The translations under genes were made by a program, and so were the position numbers. Shown one piece after another: positions 39,576-51,647 of a DNA stretch of 64,000 nucleotides. The DNA lies in assembly GCA_053919585.1 (NCBI GenBank), contig CM132822.1; one strand, written 5' to 3'. Position 1 is the stretch's first letter; each line of letters opens with the position of its first letter. This stretch comes from Euprymna scolopes. Lineage: Eukaryota. A model generated the notes under the pieces. The model was not told where the DNA came from. It saw nothing but the letters and a program-made list of their open reading frames with translations, and did no database searches.

Positions 39576-41779
39576 ATAAATCATTTGTCAAAAACTTAGT
39601 CACGTTCTGATAAAGACAATCAAAATTCTTTTGGCCAAGAACAATGCAATAACCCCCCCCCCGGCCAGAAAAACTTCTGCAAATGCACCATTCCAGTTTC
39701 CTTTGTTGAATATATTGTTCAACGAACACAGTATCAAATTTGACCACTGGATTAGCTTTTATGCGATCAAGGTAATAACAAATATCCAAAGTGTAAAAAA
39801 AAATTTTTTAAAGTGTAAAAAGTTTTACTGGTGATATGTCCCCTTAAACATACACTAAAACGCAAAAGCAGTCAGGAATTTCACGTTTGAATCTTAAAAA
39901 GTATCTTTATCATATCCTCATCCACAAAAACAACCATCATAGAAACCCAATAATAAACGTAACCGCATAGATGGATACATGTATCAATGTTGTAAAAAAC
40001 TACCAGCATTTTTACATTTGTAAAAATTCCTGTCTTTTTACTCTAAAATTCCATTAAACAGTCAAATTAAAAAAGGAAATCTTGAATGAAGCAAAACCCA
40101 CCCCACCATGAATTAGGTATTTTAAGCTGAAATTTTATTAAATTGTTTTTAAATACAGATATGACGCATGTAAAAAAACAAAAAAAAACAATCATAGAAG
40201 CCAAGTAATTAAAGCGAAAACATCAATTACAACAATTAATCTAAGTTTTACACCATGAAAATTACTAATCACGTTCAAAATAGTTAATGATTCCTAAAAA
40301 TCTGAAGTCGTCATAGAAAGAATCACTTAATGAATGCAGAGTTCCAGGAAAAAGAAACTCCTTCCAAGATCTTACTTCCTCTCATGTTTAGACATACAAG
40401 GAAATGTCTGCATAGAATAAGCGTAAAAGAGTTAAATTTCTATTAGACAAGCACTTTCAATAAGCACCAGCTGAAATTCTGAAAAAAATAAAGGTTGAAC
40501 TGTAAGCGACCGATTCAATATCTCAAGAGATGCAGAGTGCATTCCTACATCATTTCCTGAGGGAAAGCTGGCCAAACGCAAAAGAAACGTTTTTAATAAG
40601 AAACTGGTTCTAGTTACTATTAAATCCCAGATGGAGATGGACTAATTAAAGCTGTTCAGTAGATATTGTAATGAGTCTACTGAAATTCTGAAAGTGTAAA
40701 CTGTCATGGTAAGCAACTGATTCAATATATATCAGGATAGATGTGGAATACATTCCTACAGCGTTTCCTGACGGAAGATGCCTAAATGCAAAAGAAACGT
40801 TTTAAAAGAAACTGGTTCTCGTCAGTATTGAATTCCGGATGAAGATGGACCAATTAAAAGCTGTTTAGCAGATATTTGGAAGAAACCGGGGCATCTGTAA
40901 AATGGAAGAAAGTCAAAACAAATGCCGGATGTAATTAAATCCTATGCAGACATTCAAAGAGATTTCAAAAACGTCAAAGACTTCAATAAATTGGTTGTGA
41001 AGTTGAATTGTGACGTACGAACTAGTATCGGTTTTGGAAACGTTTTGAATAAGAAACTGATTCTCGTCACGATCATGCTGGTGAAGAACTCCTTCAAAAG
41101 ATCTGAAAACATGTGCAGACATACAAGGAAAGGTTTGCATATAAAAGATTCTTTCACTTGTTCTTAGAATAACACTTCATTAGGCAACCATTTTAAATAA
41201 GTTACCCCTGATTTTTGAAATGTGCAAAGGTTGAATAATGTCCTAAATACAGACTTTAGGAGCATGGACGGTAAACGTATCCCTAATAATAATCTATCAA
41301 ATTTCTATAATATCTATGAATTAATATTTATACGTAAATTTTACACATGCGCAGTGTTGGGTGGTATACCAGTAAATTATAACCTAATAATACGTGGTCG
41401 TAATTATCAAATAAATCTTACGCAACAAGATAAGCGTTATATAAAACGGATACGATTTTCTGCATATGACTTCAATTTAAATGATTGAAAGTATTAATCT
41501 TCCAAGAATTCCTGAAGATCGGACCCTTACTACAGCGCATACCTAAAGTGCTTCTTAATATATAAATGACGTCTTGATTTGTCTCCATAAAAAAAGACCT
41601 TCAATGAAGCATAACCAATCATGAATTTTACGTTTGAATAAAATCTACCAGAGCTATCCATCTCTAGTCAATCTCTTCAAATACATAACTGCCTCCCTGG
41701 ACATCGAAAACCTTGTCACTAACTTTCTGATAATTATTTTTACGGTCTTTTTTTAGTCTACAAAAACTATGCGATACTT

Positions 41780-42460
41780 TGTGGGGGTCGCCTGGCCTTT
41801 TTTTGGGAACTGACTTCCTCCACAAATAATAAAAATGAAAATAAGAAATCTTATGTGCAACACAAACGGAGGTTTATTTCCGGAATAGAAACAACAAACA
41901 ATAACAAGCAAAACATAGTTCTCAATATTTCAGAGTTCTTTTTTTTTTTTGAGTTCATATGAAAGATGGAGAGTCTCTTTTTGTGTTCTTTGAATGTTCA
42001 AATATGTAACAGAGACAATATTAATGTTCGTCTGTTAAAAGAGAGTATTAATGCGCGGAGCAGTGGAAATGAAATAATTCATGTTTGCACGCGTGGGTAG
42101 TCCTAATGAGAAAGCGTTGAATGAGTCGGAAGAGTTTAAAGAGACGAAAGAATGCTCGAAAGGCTAAGAGGCTAAAGAGATTTTGTGTTTGTGCATGTTT
42201 ATATATATGATTTGATCGGCTCCAAACGAGCTCTAGAAAATCAGTTTTAAAATATGTCCTCGGAGGAATTCTATTGGACCGAACGCATCACATGGGGTGC
42301 CTTCAACTACGCCCGCACCTTTGGTATATAAAGGTCACGCCGGAATTTGCGTGGGTGTCATTTTTCATTTTTTTAACGCGCCGAAACAATCAATTGCACT
42401 GCGCACCTAAACTGTATTCAACGATTTTAAATTTGAATATTAAACTGTGCCAACGGAACA
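41780..42460 (-). mobile_element. Probable solo LTR (681 bp)
   Basis: TG...CA termini and a 4-bp TSD actt/aatt with one mismatch. The empty site gcgatacttcctctagtcag is at 31881. On the minus strand there is a TATA-like tract near 42200 and AATAAA near 41875. Confidence 0.62.
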
Positions 42461-45400
42461 AATTCCTCTAGTCAGAAACCAACCCCTCGAAAACTTGTTA
42501 AAATACACCACTCGATTTCGCTGCGTCCACGATACAGAAAATTGCAAAAGTTGGTTGAAACTAGCGCCCAAATATAAAAATGTCAGATGAAGATGGATCA
42601 ATTTAAAGCAGATATTTGCAAGAAACTGGGCCACCTGTAAATTTGGATGAATCTGATACCAAAGGATGTGATTAAACCACATGCAGCCACTTGGAAAAGA
42701 TCGCAACCAATTTATTCAACTCATCCACGTTTTTGAGAAGCTGAATGGTGGCCTAGGAACAAGTACAGGATGTCGGGGTCCCAAAAGTGCCATCAGTATT
42801 GAATGATCTCTAAAAATCTTAAATCGTCATAGGAAGAATCACTAAATGAATGCAGAGTTCCAGGATAACGTTTTGGATAAGCTGTTGTCAATACAACGCG
42901 GGTGAATACCGAAAGACCAGACTTCCTCAACATGTTTAGTCATCCAAAGAAATGACTGCAAAGAATACAAGTAAAAGACTTTACACTAGTTTTTTAGTAG
43001 ACAACCACTTTCAATAAATTCCTGCGGAAATTCTGAAAGTTGAAAAGGTCAAACTGTCTTGGTAAGCGACTGATTCAATATATATCAGTATAGATGCGGA
43101 ATATATTCCTACCGCATTTCCTTAAGGAGCGCTGGCTAAATGCAATGGAAACGCTTTGAATAACAAACTTTCTCGTTACTATTAAATCCAAGATGGACCA
43201 ATTAAAGCTGTCTAGAACATATTTTAAGCTGCTGCTGAAATTCTGGAAGTTTAAGCTCTCATGGTAAGACGTTGATTCAATATATATCAGGATAGATAGA
43301 GAATACATTCCTAAAGAGTTTTCCTCATGGAAAGATGGCAAGAGAAACATTTTGCATAAGAAACTGGTTGTTGTCATTATTGAATTCCAAATGGAGACGG
43401 AAAATAACAAAAGCTGTTTTTCAGATATTTTAGAGAAACCTGGCCATCTGTAAAACGGAATAAAATCAAATAAAAGCTGTGATTAAATCCTAATCTGACA
43501 TTCAACAAAATCCTCAAAAACGTAAAAGACTTCAAATTGGTTGCATGCAACCCGAATGGTGGCTTAGCAACAAGTATGGGATGTCGGTCCAAAAATTGCG
43601 ATCCGTCTTTAATGATCTCATTTCTTGACCTCACCGTCCAATAAATTGAGTATTTTAAGAGTCCAGATTGGATACGCTTTAGTACGGCCAAGAGTTGCAT
43701 AAATACAAAGTGATACAAGTATTAAACCGATAATTGAGATTTTAAATATTTTAGTATTCTCAGAAGTTCTTTCTACGTATAAACACGTAAACGGAACTGA
43801 ACCCTTCAACCAGCGGCATGATATTAATTCTATTTTCCCCACAAGAATACTTCAACCTAATAACCTTTCTCTTGTACTCTTCTGCTAACAAAGATAACAA
43901 ATAAAGTTGTTTATTAATATAGAATGAAACTATTGCGTTGTTCCTTATTCTCTAAGCTGGCTTGTGAGGATACTAGCATCAGTAGCAATTAAAAAAAATA
44001 AAAATAAAAAGGAAGTTTCTATAAATTGGTGCAAGAAGAGGAAGGAAAAAGGGCACGTGGTCAGCAGAGAAAAATTTCGTTTGAAAAAGATGTGTAAAGT
44101 CGAAGACAAGAAATGTCTATGGCCAGTGTATAGTGGAGCAGAGTGAAAAACGCTCGCCAGGGGAGATCGACATGTGACCTCGTAGTGGCAGAGAGTCTAA
44201 TCTGGTGTGAAGACAAAAATACCGTTAAAAAGAGAAAACGGATTGGATCTGGATTTATTAGACTACATGCTATTTTCCATTATTCATATACAGTGTAAAT
44301 GCACTTAAAAACCGTCAGAAGTTACATCGGCCGAAATGCTGTGAAAATATAATCAATTCTTATTTCCAATAGATTTAGTTTTCTTTATACTTTTGATTAA
44401 TCGACGCTTGGCAATTCATAAGTCATTTCGAAATTTTAAGAACTGCGGCCATTTTCTTTCTAAAGTATAAAAACAAAGTAAAAATAAATTTCTTACTATA
44501 CATATTGATATCTGTCGCCTTAAACTAAAATGCAACAGCAATCAGGAATTTCACGTTTGAATCTTAAAACTTGGTATCTTTATCATATCCTCATCCACAA
44601 AAACAACCATCATAGAAACCCAATAATAAACGTAACCGCATGGATGGATACATGTATCAATGTTGTAAAAAACTACCAGCATTTTTACATTTGTAAAAAT
44701 TCCTGTCTTTTTACGCTAAAATTCCATTAAACAGTAAAATTAAAAATCTTGAATGAAGCAGAACCCACCGTGTATTAGGAATTTTAAGCTGAAAATCTTT
44801 TACATGCGTCATATCTGTATCTACAAAACAATTACAGAAGCCAAGTAATTAAAGCGAAAACATCAATTACAGCGCAATTAAAGCTGTTTAGTAGATATTT
44901 TAAGCTCCTGCTGAAATTCTGGAAGTTTTAACTATCCTTGTAAGACGCTGATTCTATATATATTAGGATAGATGGAGAATACATTCCTAGAGAGTTTTCT
45001 GATAGAAAGCTGGCTAAATGCAAGAGAAACATTTTGCATGAGAAACTGGTTCTCGTCATTATTGAATTCCAGATGGAGATGGACTAATTAAAAATGCTCT
45101 TGCAGATATTTGCAAGAAACTGGTCCATCTGTAAAACGGAATAAAATCAAACAAATAAAAGATGATTAAATCCTAATCTGACATTAAGAAAAATCTCAAA
45201 AACGTCAAAGACCTCAAATTGGTTGTCTGCAAGCTGAATGGTGGCTTAGAAACATGGGATGTCGGGGTCCCAAAAGTTCCATCCGTCTTCAAAGATCTCA
45301 TTTCCTGATCTCATCGTCCAATAAATTAAGTATTTGAAGAGTCCAGATTGTCCATTCAGCTTTAGTATGGCCGAGATGGATATATATAAAACTGATAATT

Positions 45401-46199
45401 GCGATTTAAAAAATATTTTAGTATCCATATTATAAGTGGATTGTCTTAATATAGATCATTAAAATGTACAATGAATCAAAGAAATTGTCAATGTGAATAG
45501 ATTGCAGATTCATATTGTACTAAATTCGAGAATAATTTTATACCATGAAAATGACTGATCACGTTCAAACTGATGGATAATTCATCCAAAATCCACAATT
45601 TTTATTGTAGAAAGAATTACTAAATAAATCTAGAGTTCCAGGAAAAACGTTTTGGATTAATGGTTGGAAACGGGCAAAAAACTCAGATTATAGGGAATTG
45701 TGACAGTTTATTAAAAGGACCTGAAAACCAGAAAAAATGTCAGATGGAGATTGACCAATTTTAAGACCTGTTTAGCAGATATTTGCAAGAAACCAGGCCT
45801 TGTAACAAGTTAAGGTTGTTTGAGTTCTTAAAATGATCTCGCGTTTCTTGATCTTACTGTCCACCGAATCGAGTATCTGAAGGATTCAGTTTGACCATTG
45901 GATGAGCTTTAGTATGGTCAAGACAGTTGCATAACTATGCAAAGTGGTGCAAGTATAAAAACAAATGAAGGATAGAAACAGTTTTCAGAGGTACACCTGA
46001 CCACTGATGCTTATTACAAATAAACCCGACATGCGCCAATATTTTCATAGCATTCGACTATCACATTGAATGCAAAAACAGGGCGACTTTCAAGATTTAA
46101 TTTTCAGAGTGCTTTTGTCCTATTATGCTGTTTGCATCAGGTTTTAGAGAAAAGATCGGCTGTATGTGTAAATTCCCGAACACGTTTACATTCCAAGAT

Positions 46200-46622
46200 C
46201 TAGGATGGTGATTAACTGCCAAATGAAGGTCACTTACTACAGTCTCCAGCAAAAAGGCAAAGCATTCCCATTTAGAAGCTGCAGTGCTCAACCGGTCCAA
46301 GCTCTTAACCATAAGCATTCGAGCTGCTTGGGATCAGATTCAATTGGAAAGGCATCCTTTCCTTTTCACATCGCAAGGTGGTCCACGAAATGCTGAGCAA
46401 GATGCATTCGGCTCCATTGAAGCTGCTGCAGTTCATTTAGCTCTGGTGAGAATATGTGATGCCCGGCTTCTCGAGTCGCTGGTCCTGGGCAACATGCACC
46501 ATAACATGCTCAGGGAATTGGATGTTAATGTGAAAAAACATCTGCAGGTGGCCGAAGCTCCCAAAAGACTTTCTGGTCGGCTTTTATCATGCCACCGTCT
46601 CAGAATTTTAGTGCAGTCTTGA
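46200..46622 (+). mobile_element. R2/NeSL-like (RLE-clade) non-LTR RT relic, deleted derivative of 63217-64000
   Basis: HSAPLKLLQ..LVLGNMHHNMLRELDVNVKKHL.RWPKLPKDFLVGFYHA resembles the R2-type APLKPQQ..LVLG..LD..VR.WL.LP.D..FFHA thumb region. Confidence 0.65.
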
Positions 46623-47975
46623 AGGGGGGAGAGGTGATTGCCTTCCTTGGCAACTTCGATTTCTTTAAGACAGTAGGTACCAAAAGAATTGTAATTTTAT
46701 AGGTAACAAGCCAAGCATGTGGGATCCTTCTTCACGAGGGAAGAACATTTACTCTCGCCATGATTAATGTTTATGCAAAATTTAAAATATAAGGCATGGT
46801 TGAGAAAGTCCGAACAAATGAACGGATGAACAATTTGGGGAAAATTTACCCCTACCATGCCCCTCCCCTCCTACAGGGAGCAATCGGTGTTATCCCGGAA
46901 AATCCGTTCTGGCAAAAAATTTACTCTCACCATGACTAATGATTGTGCAATAGTTGAAAACCTTCAAACAGATATTGAAAAACTGCGAACAATCACAAGT
47001 TAGCCTTATGTGGCAGTATATAAAAGGCAAAATCTGAAACCATTAATTCTTTCGCTGGCCTGCCCAACAGGAAACATCGTTAGTACAACAAGCGTACAAT
47101 GGCTCTCTTATAAACTAGCATTTAAACAAGCATTCTTTGTCATGTGAAAAAAAACAACTCACTCATGCCAACATTAACATTACGCAACCAGATAAGCATT
47201 ATATTAAACGGATACAGTTTTCTGCATATGACTTCAATTTAAATGATTGAAAATAATCAATCTTTCAAGAATTGCAGGAGATCATACACTTCATACAGCG
47301 CATACGTAAAGTGCTTCTTAAAACGCATATTAATGACCTTGATTTGTCTCCGTAAAAAAATAACACCCACAAATCTTCAATGAAGCAGACACAATCATGA
47401 ATTTGAATCAAATCTATCAAAGCTATCCAGCTATAATCAATCTCTTCAAATACGTAACTTCCTCCCTGGACATCGAGAACCTAGTCACTGACGTTCTGAT
47501 AATTATTTTACGGTCTTTTTTAGTCTACAAAAACGATGCAATACTTCCTCCAGTCAGAACCCAACACCTCGAAAACTTGTTAAAATGCACCACTCCAGTT
47601 CGCTGTGTCCACGATACAGGAAATTGCAAAAGTTGGTTGAAACAGTAGCACCCGAAAATAAGAAATGTCATATGAAGATGGACCAATTTAAATAGCTGTT
47701 TAGCAGATATTTGCAAGAAATTGGGCCACCTGTAAATTTGGATAAAATCAAACCAATACCAAAGGATGTGATTAAACCACATGCAGACATTTGGCAAAGA
47801 TCTCAAAAATGTGAAAGAGTTGAAGAAATTGGTTGTGTTTGTTTGTTTGTTTGTTCTGTTTTACGGCATATCAACCACTTTGGGGTCATTTAATGCCGAA
47901 AGGTTCGTTATGTTGTGTTAAATATTGGTTTGTTCTTCTTAAGGTTTTTCTTTTTTTGGGGGGGGGGGTCTTTCC

Positions 47976-50900
47976 TTATATTTTTGAGTATATTTTAGTT
48001 TCTTTCAGAAAATTGATAATTTTTTGGGGATCAATCTTGTTTAATATTGTTTTCAGATTTTTTTCTTGGTAATACTTTGTTCGGATTTGTTCAAGGTCAA
48101 TGCAGTTTGTCAGTATATGGTGTATTGTGTAGGGTTCTTGACACGTTATACAGTTTGGTGTCTCCTCCCCTTTTAGTAGATGTGAGTGGGTGATGTGAGT
48201 GTGACCTATTCGCAGTCTGGTCATTACTACCTCTTCCTTTCTTGTTAACTTTTTGGTGTTTCTCGTTCCAATATTTGGTGTTATTTGGAATAGTTTGTTT
48301 TTGGTGCATGAGCTCCAGTTTTCTTGCCATTTTCTCTTCAAAAATGTGTTTATTTTAGTCTTTAGGTCTGTATAGGGGATTTTTCCACTTATGTGGTTTT
48401 GTTGCAGAGTTTCCTTTGCTGCCTTATCTGCTTGTTCATTCATGTATATGCCGATATGGCTTGGTATCCAGCAAAAGATAATGTTTTTTTTCATGGTTAT
48501 GGCATCTATTTTGTTTAGCAATTTTGTAATAAGTGGGTTTGTCATTTTTTTTTCTTTTAGAGATATGAGTATTGAAAGTGAGTCAGTAAATATGATATAT
48601 TTTTGATGGTCATCATTGGTTATTATATTCAGTGCCGAATCTATGGCTGTTGCTTCTGCGCTGAAAATAGAAGATTCGTTTGGGAGCCTTTTCTTTAGTT
48701 TTATTTTTTTGTGGATGGCTGCGCATCCTACTTTATCTCCATCTTTTGATCCGTCAGTGTAAATTTGTGTATATTCTTTGTATGTATTCTGGATGATAAG
48801 TAGTTCTTCATGGAAGGTTGATGGGTGGGTTTTCGTTTTGGGATATTTATTTAATTTTAATATTATGTGTGGTTGTTTGATCATCCAGGGTGGAGTTTTT
48901 GATTTGTTATATTTATGTATTTTTGTAATGTCCATTTGGGCTTCTGTGAGAAGGTTTTTTATCCGGAGGCTGTAGGGCTTGATGATATTTTCTTTCTTGT
49001 TGAAGAGATGTGTGTATTGTGGGTGGAGGGTACATTGGTATGCAGGATTTGTTGGACACGATACCAGCTTTAGGTAATATTGTAGCGCTAACTTCTGTCG
49101 TCTTAGAATCAGTGGAGGCTCATGGGCCTCTATATAGAGGCTTTCTACTGGAGAGGTTCTAAATGCTCCCAAGGCTAATCTTAATCCTTGATGATGGATT
49201 GTATTTAGTTCTTTTATGTAGGACTTCCTTGCTGCTCCATAGATGAAGCATCCATAGTCCATTTTAGATCTGATTAGGGTTTGGTATAATTTCAATAATG
49301 TGACTTTGTCTGCACCCCAATCGGTGTGTGCTAGGACTTTGATCAATTGCATTGTCTTTTGGCATTTTGCTTTTAAATATTTTATATGCGGTATAAAGTT
49401 CAATTTTTTATCGAATATAATACCTAAATATTTATGTTGGTCGGTGAGTGGGATGTTCTTGTTATCCAGTTTCAGGTTGGGGTCGTGGTGGAATTTTCGT
49501 AATTTGCAAAAGTGGATGCATTTAGTTTTTTCCTCTGAGAATGTAAATCCATTTTCTATGGCCCATTTGTTTATTTTATTCAGACAGAGTTGTAGTTTGC
49601 GTTCGGCTGTTTGTATATATTTAGATTGGTAGTATATAAGTAGGTCGTCCACGTATAGGGCGTTTTCAATTCCTGGGTCTATGTTTTTTATGATATTGTT
49701 TATTTTAATGTTGAAGAGGGTGACAGACAGGATACTGCCTTGGGGGACCCCCATTTCTTGATCTTTTTGGACTGAATAAGTGTTGTCCATCCGTACTTGG
49801 AAGTTTCTATTTGTTAAGAAATTTCTGATAATTTCTGGCATTCTACCCCTAAGTCCTAGTTCATACAGGTCTTTTTGGATTCCGTATTTCCAAGCGGTGT
49901 CATACGCCTTTTGCATGTCAAAAAAAATTGCTATTAGATGTTCTTTTTTTGCAAATGCTTCTCTTATGCGTGTTTCCAGTTTTATTAAGTGATCGGTGGG
50001 GCTTCTATTTTTCCTGAAACCCGACTGGCTTTCTGTAATTAGATTTTTGCTTTCCAAGTACCAATTTAACCTTTCGTTAATCATTCTCTCAAAAGTTTTG
50101 CACAAACAACTAGTTAGTGCAATGGGTCGGTAGTTTGTTGGGTTTGTATGGTCTTTTTTTGGTTTGGGTATTGGGATTACTGTTGCCTGCTTCCAGTTTT
50201 TTGGAATGTTGTTAGTTATCCATATCTCATTGTAAATTTGTAATAAGTAGTCCAGTGATGGTTTTGGTAGTTTTTTGAGGAATTGATAATGGATCTCGTC
50301 GGGGCCGACTGCTGTATCGGGAGATTTGTTTATTGCCTCCTCTAGTTCTGCACTGTTGAATAATTGATTGTAGTTTTCTTCATTTTTTGATTTGAAGTTT
50401 ATTTTTATTTTTTCTTCATTTTTCTTTATAGCTTGGAATTTTTTATTTTGGTTTTTTGATGATGAGTTCATTGAGAATTGTTCTGCTAATTTATTTGCGA
50501 TATTTTGTTTGTCGGTAATCTTTGTGTTGTCGCATATAAGGTGTTTAATAGGGTTCTTTGTATTTTTTCCTGCTATTTTTCTGACCATCTCCCATACTTT
50601 TTTGGGTTTTGTGTTTTGATTAATTTTTGTTACATAGTCTTTCCACGAGTTCCGTTTTGATTCTTTGATAGTTTTCCGTGCTTTGGCTTTGCTGTTTTTA
50701 TAGGTGTCCAAATTTTCTTTCGTTGGACTGTTTTTGAATTTCCTTAGGTTTGCACGTCTGGCTCTTATAGCTTCTTTGCATTCTTTATTGTACCAGGGTT
50801 TGTTATATTTTGTAGTAGTGGAACTTTTTGGTATGTTCTCCTCGGCTATTGTGAGTAGGGTGTTGCTGAAATATGTGATGTGTTCTAAGTCAGGATTCGC

Positions 50901-51647
50901 TTCAGGTATTAATCTGTATTGACATGTATTTTGGAAATTTTCCCAATTTGCCTTTTGTAAATTCCAGCGGGGTGTTTTGTCTTCTGGCTTGGGATTCTCG
51001 TTTTCTATTATGATTGGGAAGTGGTCACTTCCGCATGTATCCTTATGTGTTCTCCAGCTATAATCCATGTATATAGTTGGGTCACATAGTGTTATATCGA
51101 TTGCTGATAGGGTTCCCGTTGGTGGGTGCATATATGTATTCTCTTTGTTGTTGAGTAGGCATAGATCATTTTGGTTAATTATTTTTTCTATGGTTTGGCC
51201 TCTTTTGTTGTTTTTTTTACTGCCCCACCATATATTGTGACTATTGAAGTCTCCCAACAGTAGAAAAGGTTTAGGTAGTTGTTTGATTATATTGTTTAAT
51301 TCTGTTTCGTTTATTGTTTCATTTGGTGGTATATAGAGTGAGCATAGGGTTACTGTTTTGTGTAGTGTTGCAGTTATTGCAACAGCTTGCATATTTGTTT
51401 TTAAGTTCACTTTGCTGTGTGGAATGTTTTCGTTTATCAGTATTGATGATCCACCGGTGGCTTTGCATGATAATTTGTTTATGTGGTTGTATATTGAGTA
51501 GTGTTTTATGTTAATTTTGTCATTTTCTTTTAAGTGTGTTTCCTGTAGGCAAATTATTGCAGGACATAAGGATTTGATAAGTATTTGCATTTCTTCGATA
51601 TTAATTTTTAATCCTCTTATGTTCCACTGTAGGATTTTGTTAGTCAT
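47976..51647 (-). CDS. LINE ORF2: apurinic-like endonuclease, reverse transcriptase, RNase H and C-terminal CCHC (1223 aa)
   Basis: APE motifs QWNIRGL, CLQET, LLGDFNSH and GSDHFPI. RT motifs YRPIALTS, FFDMQKAYD, GVPQGSILS and LYVDD. RNase H motifs IYTDGS, SAEATAI, FTDSLS and WIPSHIGIYMNEQAD. Terminal CITC..TIHHILTNC. Confidence 0.96.
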   Translation of the reverse strand: MTNKILQWNIRGLKINIEEMQILIKSLCPAIICLQETHLKENDKINIKHYSIYNHINKLSCKATGGSSILINENIPHSKVNLKTNMQAVAITATLHKTVTLCSLYIPPNETINETELNNIIKQLPKPFLLLGDFNSHNIWWGSKKNNKRGQTIEKIINQNDLCLLNNKENTYMHPPTGTLSAIDITLCDPTIYMDYSWRTHKDTCGSDHFPIIIENENPKPEDKTPRWNLQKANWENFQNTCQYRLIPEANPDLEHITYFSNTLLTIAEENIPKSSTTTKYNKPWYNKECKEAIRARRANLRKFKNSPTKENLDTYKNSKAKARKTIKESKRNSWKDYVTKINQNTKPKKVWEMVRKIAGKNTKNPIKHLICDNTKITDKQNIANKLAEQFSMNSSSKNQNKKFQAIKKNEEKIKINFKSKNEENYNQLFNSAELEEAINKSPDTAVGPDEIHYQFLKKLPKPSLDYLLQIYNEIWITNNIPKNWKQATVIPIPKPKKDHTNPTNYRPIALTSCLCKTFERMINERLNWYLESKNLITESQSGFRKNRSPTDHLIKLETRIREAFAKKEHLIAIFFDMQKAYDTAWKYGIQKDLYELGLRGRMPEIIRNFLTNRNFQVRMDNTYSVQKDQEMGVPQGSILSVTLFNIKINNIIKNIDPGIENALYVDDLLIYYQSKYIQTAERKLQLCLNKINKWAIENGFTFSEEKTKCIHFCKLRKFHHDPNLKLDNKNIPLTDQHKYLGIIFDKKLNFIPHIKYLKAKCQKTMQLIKVLAHTDWGADKVTLLKLYQTLIRSKMDYGCFIYGAARKSYIKELNTIHHQGLRLALGAFRTSPVESLYIEAHEPPLILRRQKLALQYYLKLVSCPTNPAYQCTLHPQYTHLFNKKENIIKPYSLRIKNLLTEAQMDITKIHKYNKSKTPPWMIKQPHIILKLNKYPKTKTHPSTFHEELLIIQNTYKEYTQIYTDGSKDGDKVGCAAIHKKIKLKKRLPNESSIFSAEATAIDSALNIITNDDHQKYIIFTDSLSILISLKEKKMTNPLITKLLNKIDAITMKKNIIFCWIPSHIGIYMNEQADKAAKETLQQNHISGKIPYTDLKTKINTFLKRKWQENWSSCTKNKLFQITPNIGTRNTKKLTRKEEVVMTRLRIGHTHITHSHLLKGEETPNCITCQEPYTIHHILTNCIDLEQIRTKYYQEKNLKTILNKIDPQKIINFLKETKIYSKI

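Noticed and set aside
46700-47035. Non-autonomous DNA element with an internal repeat (atttactctc.ccatga.taatg twice)
   Set aside because: Termini could not be resolved, so the evidence is insufficient to classify it.
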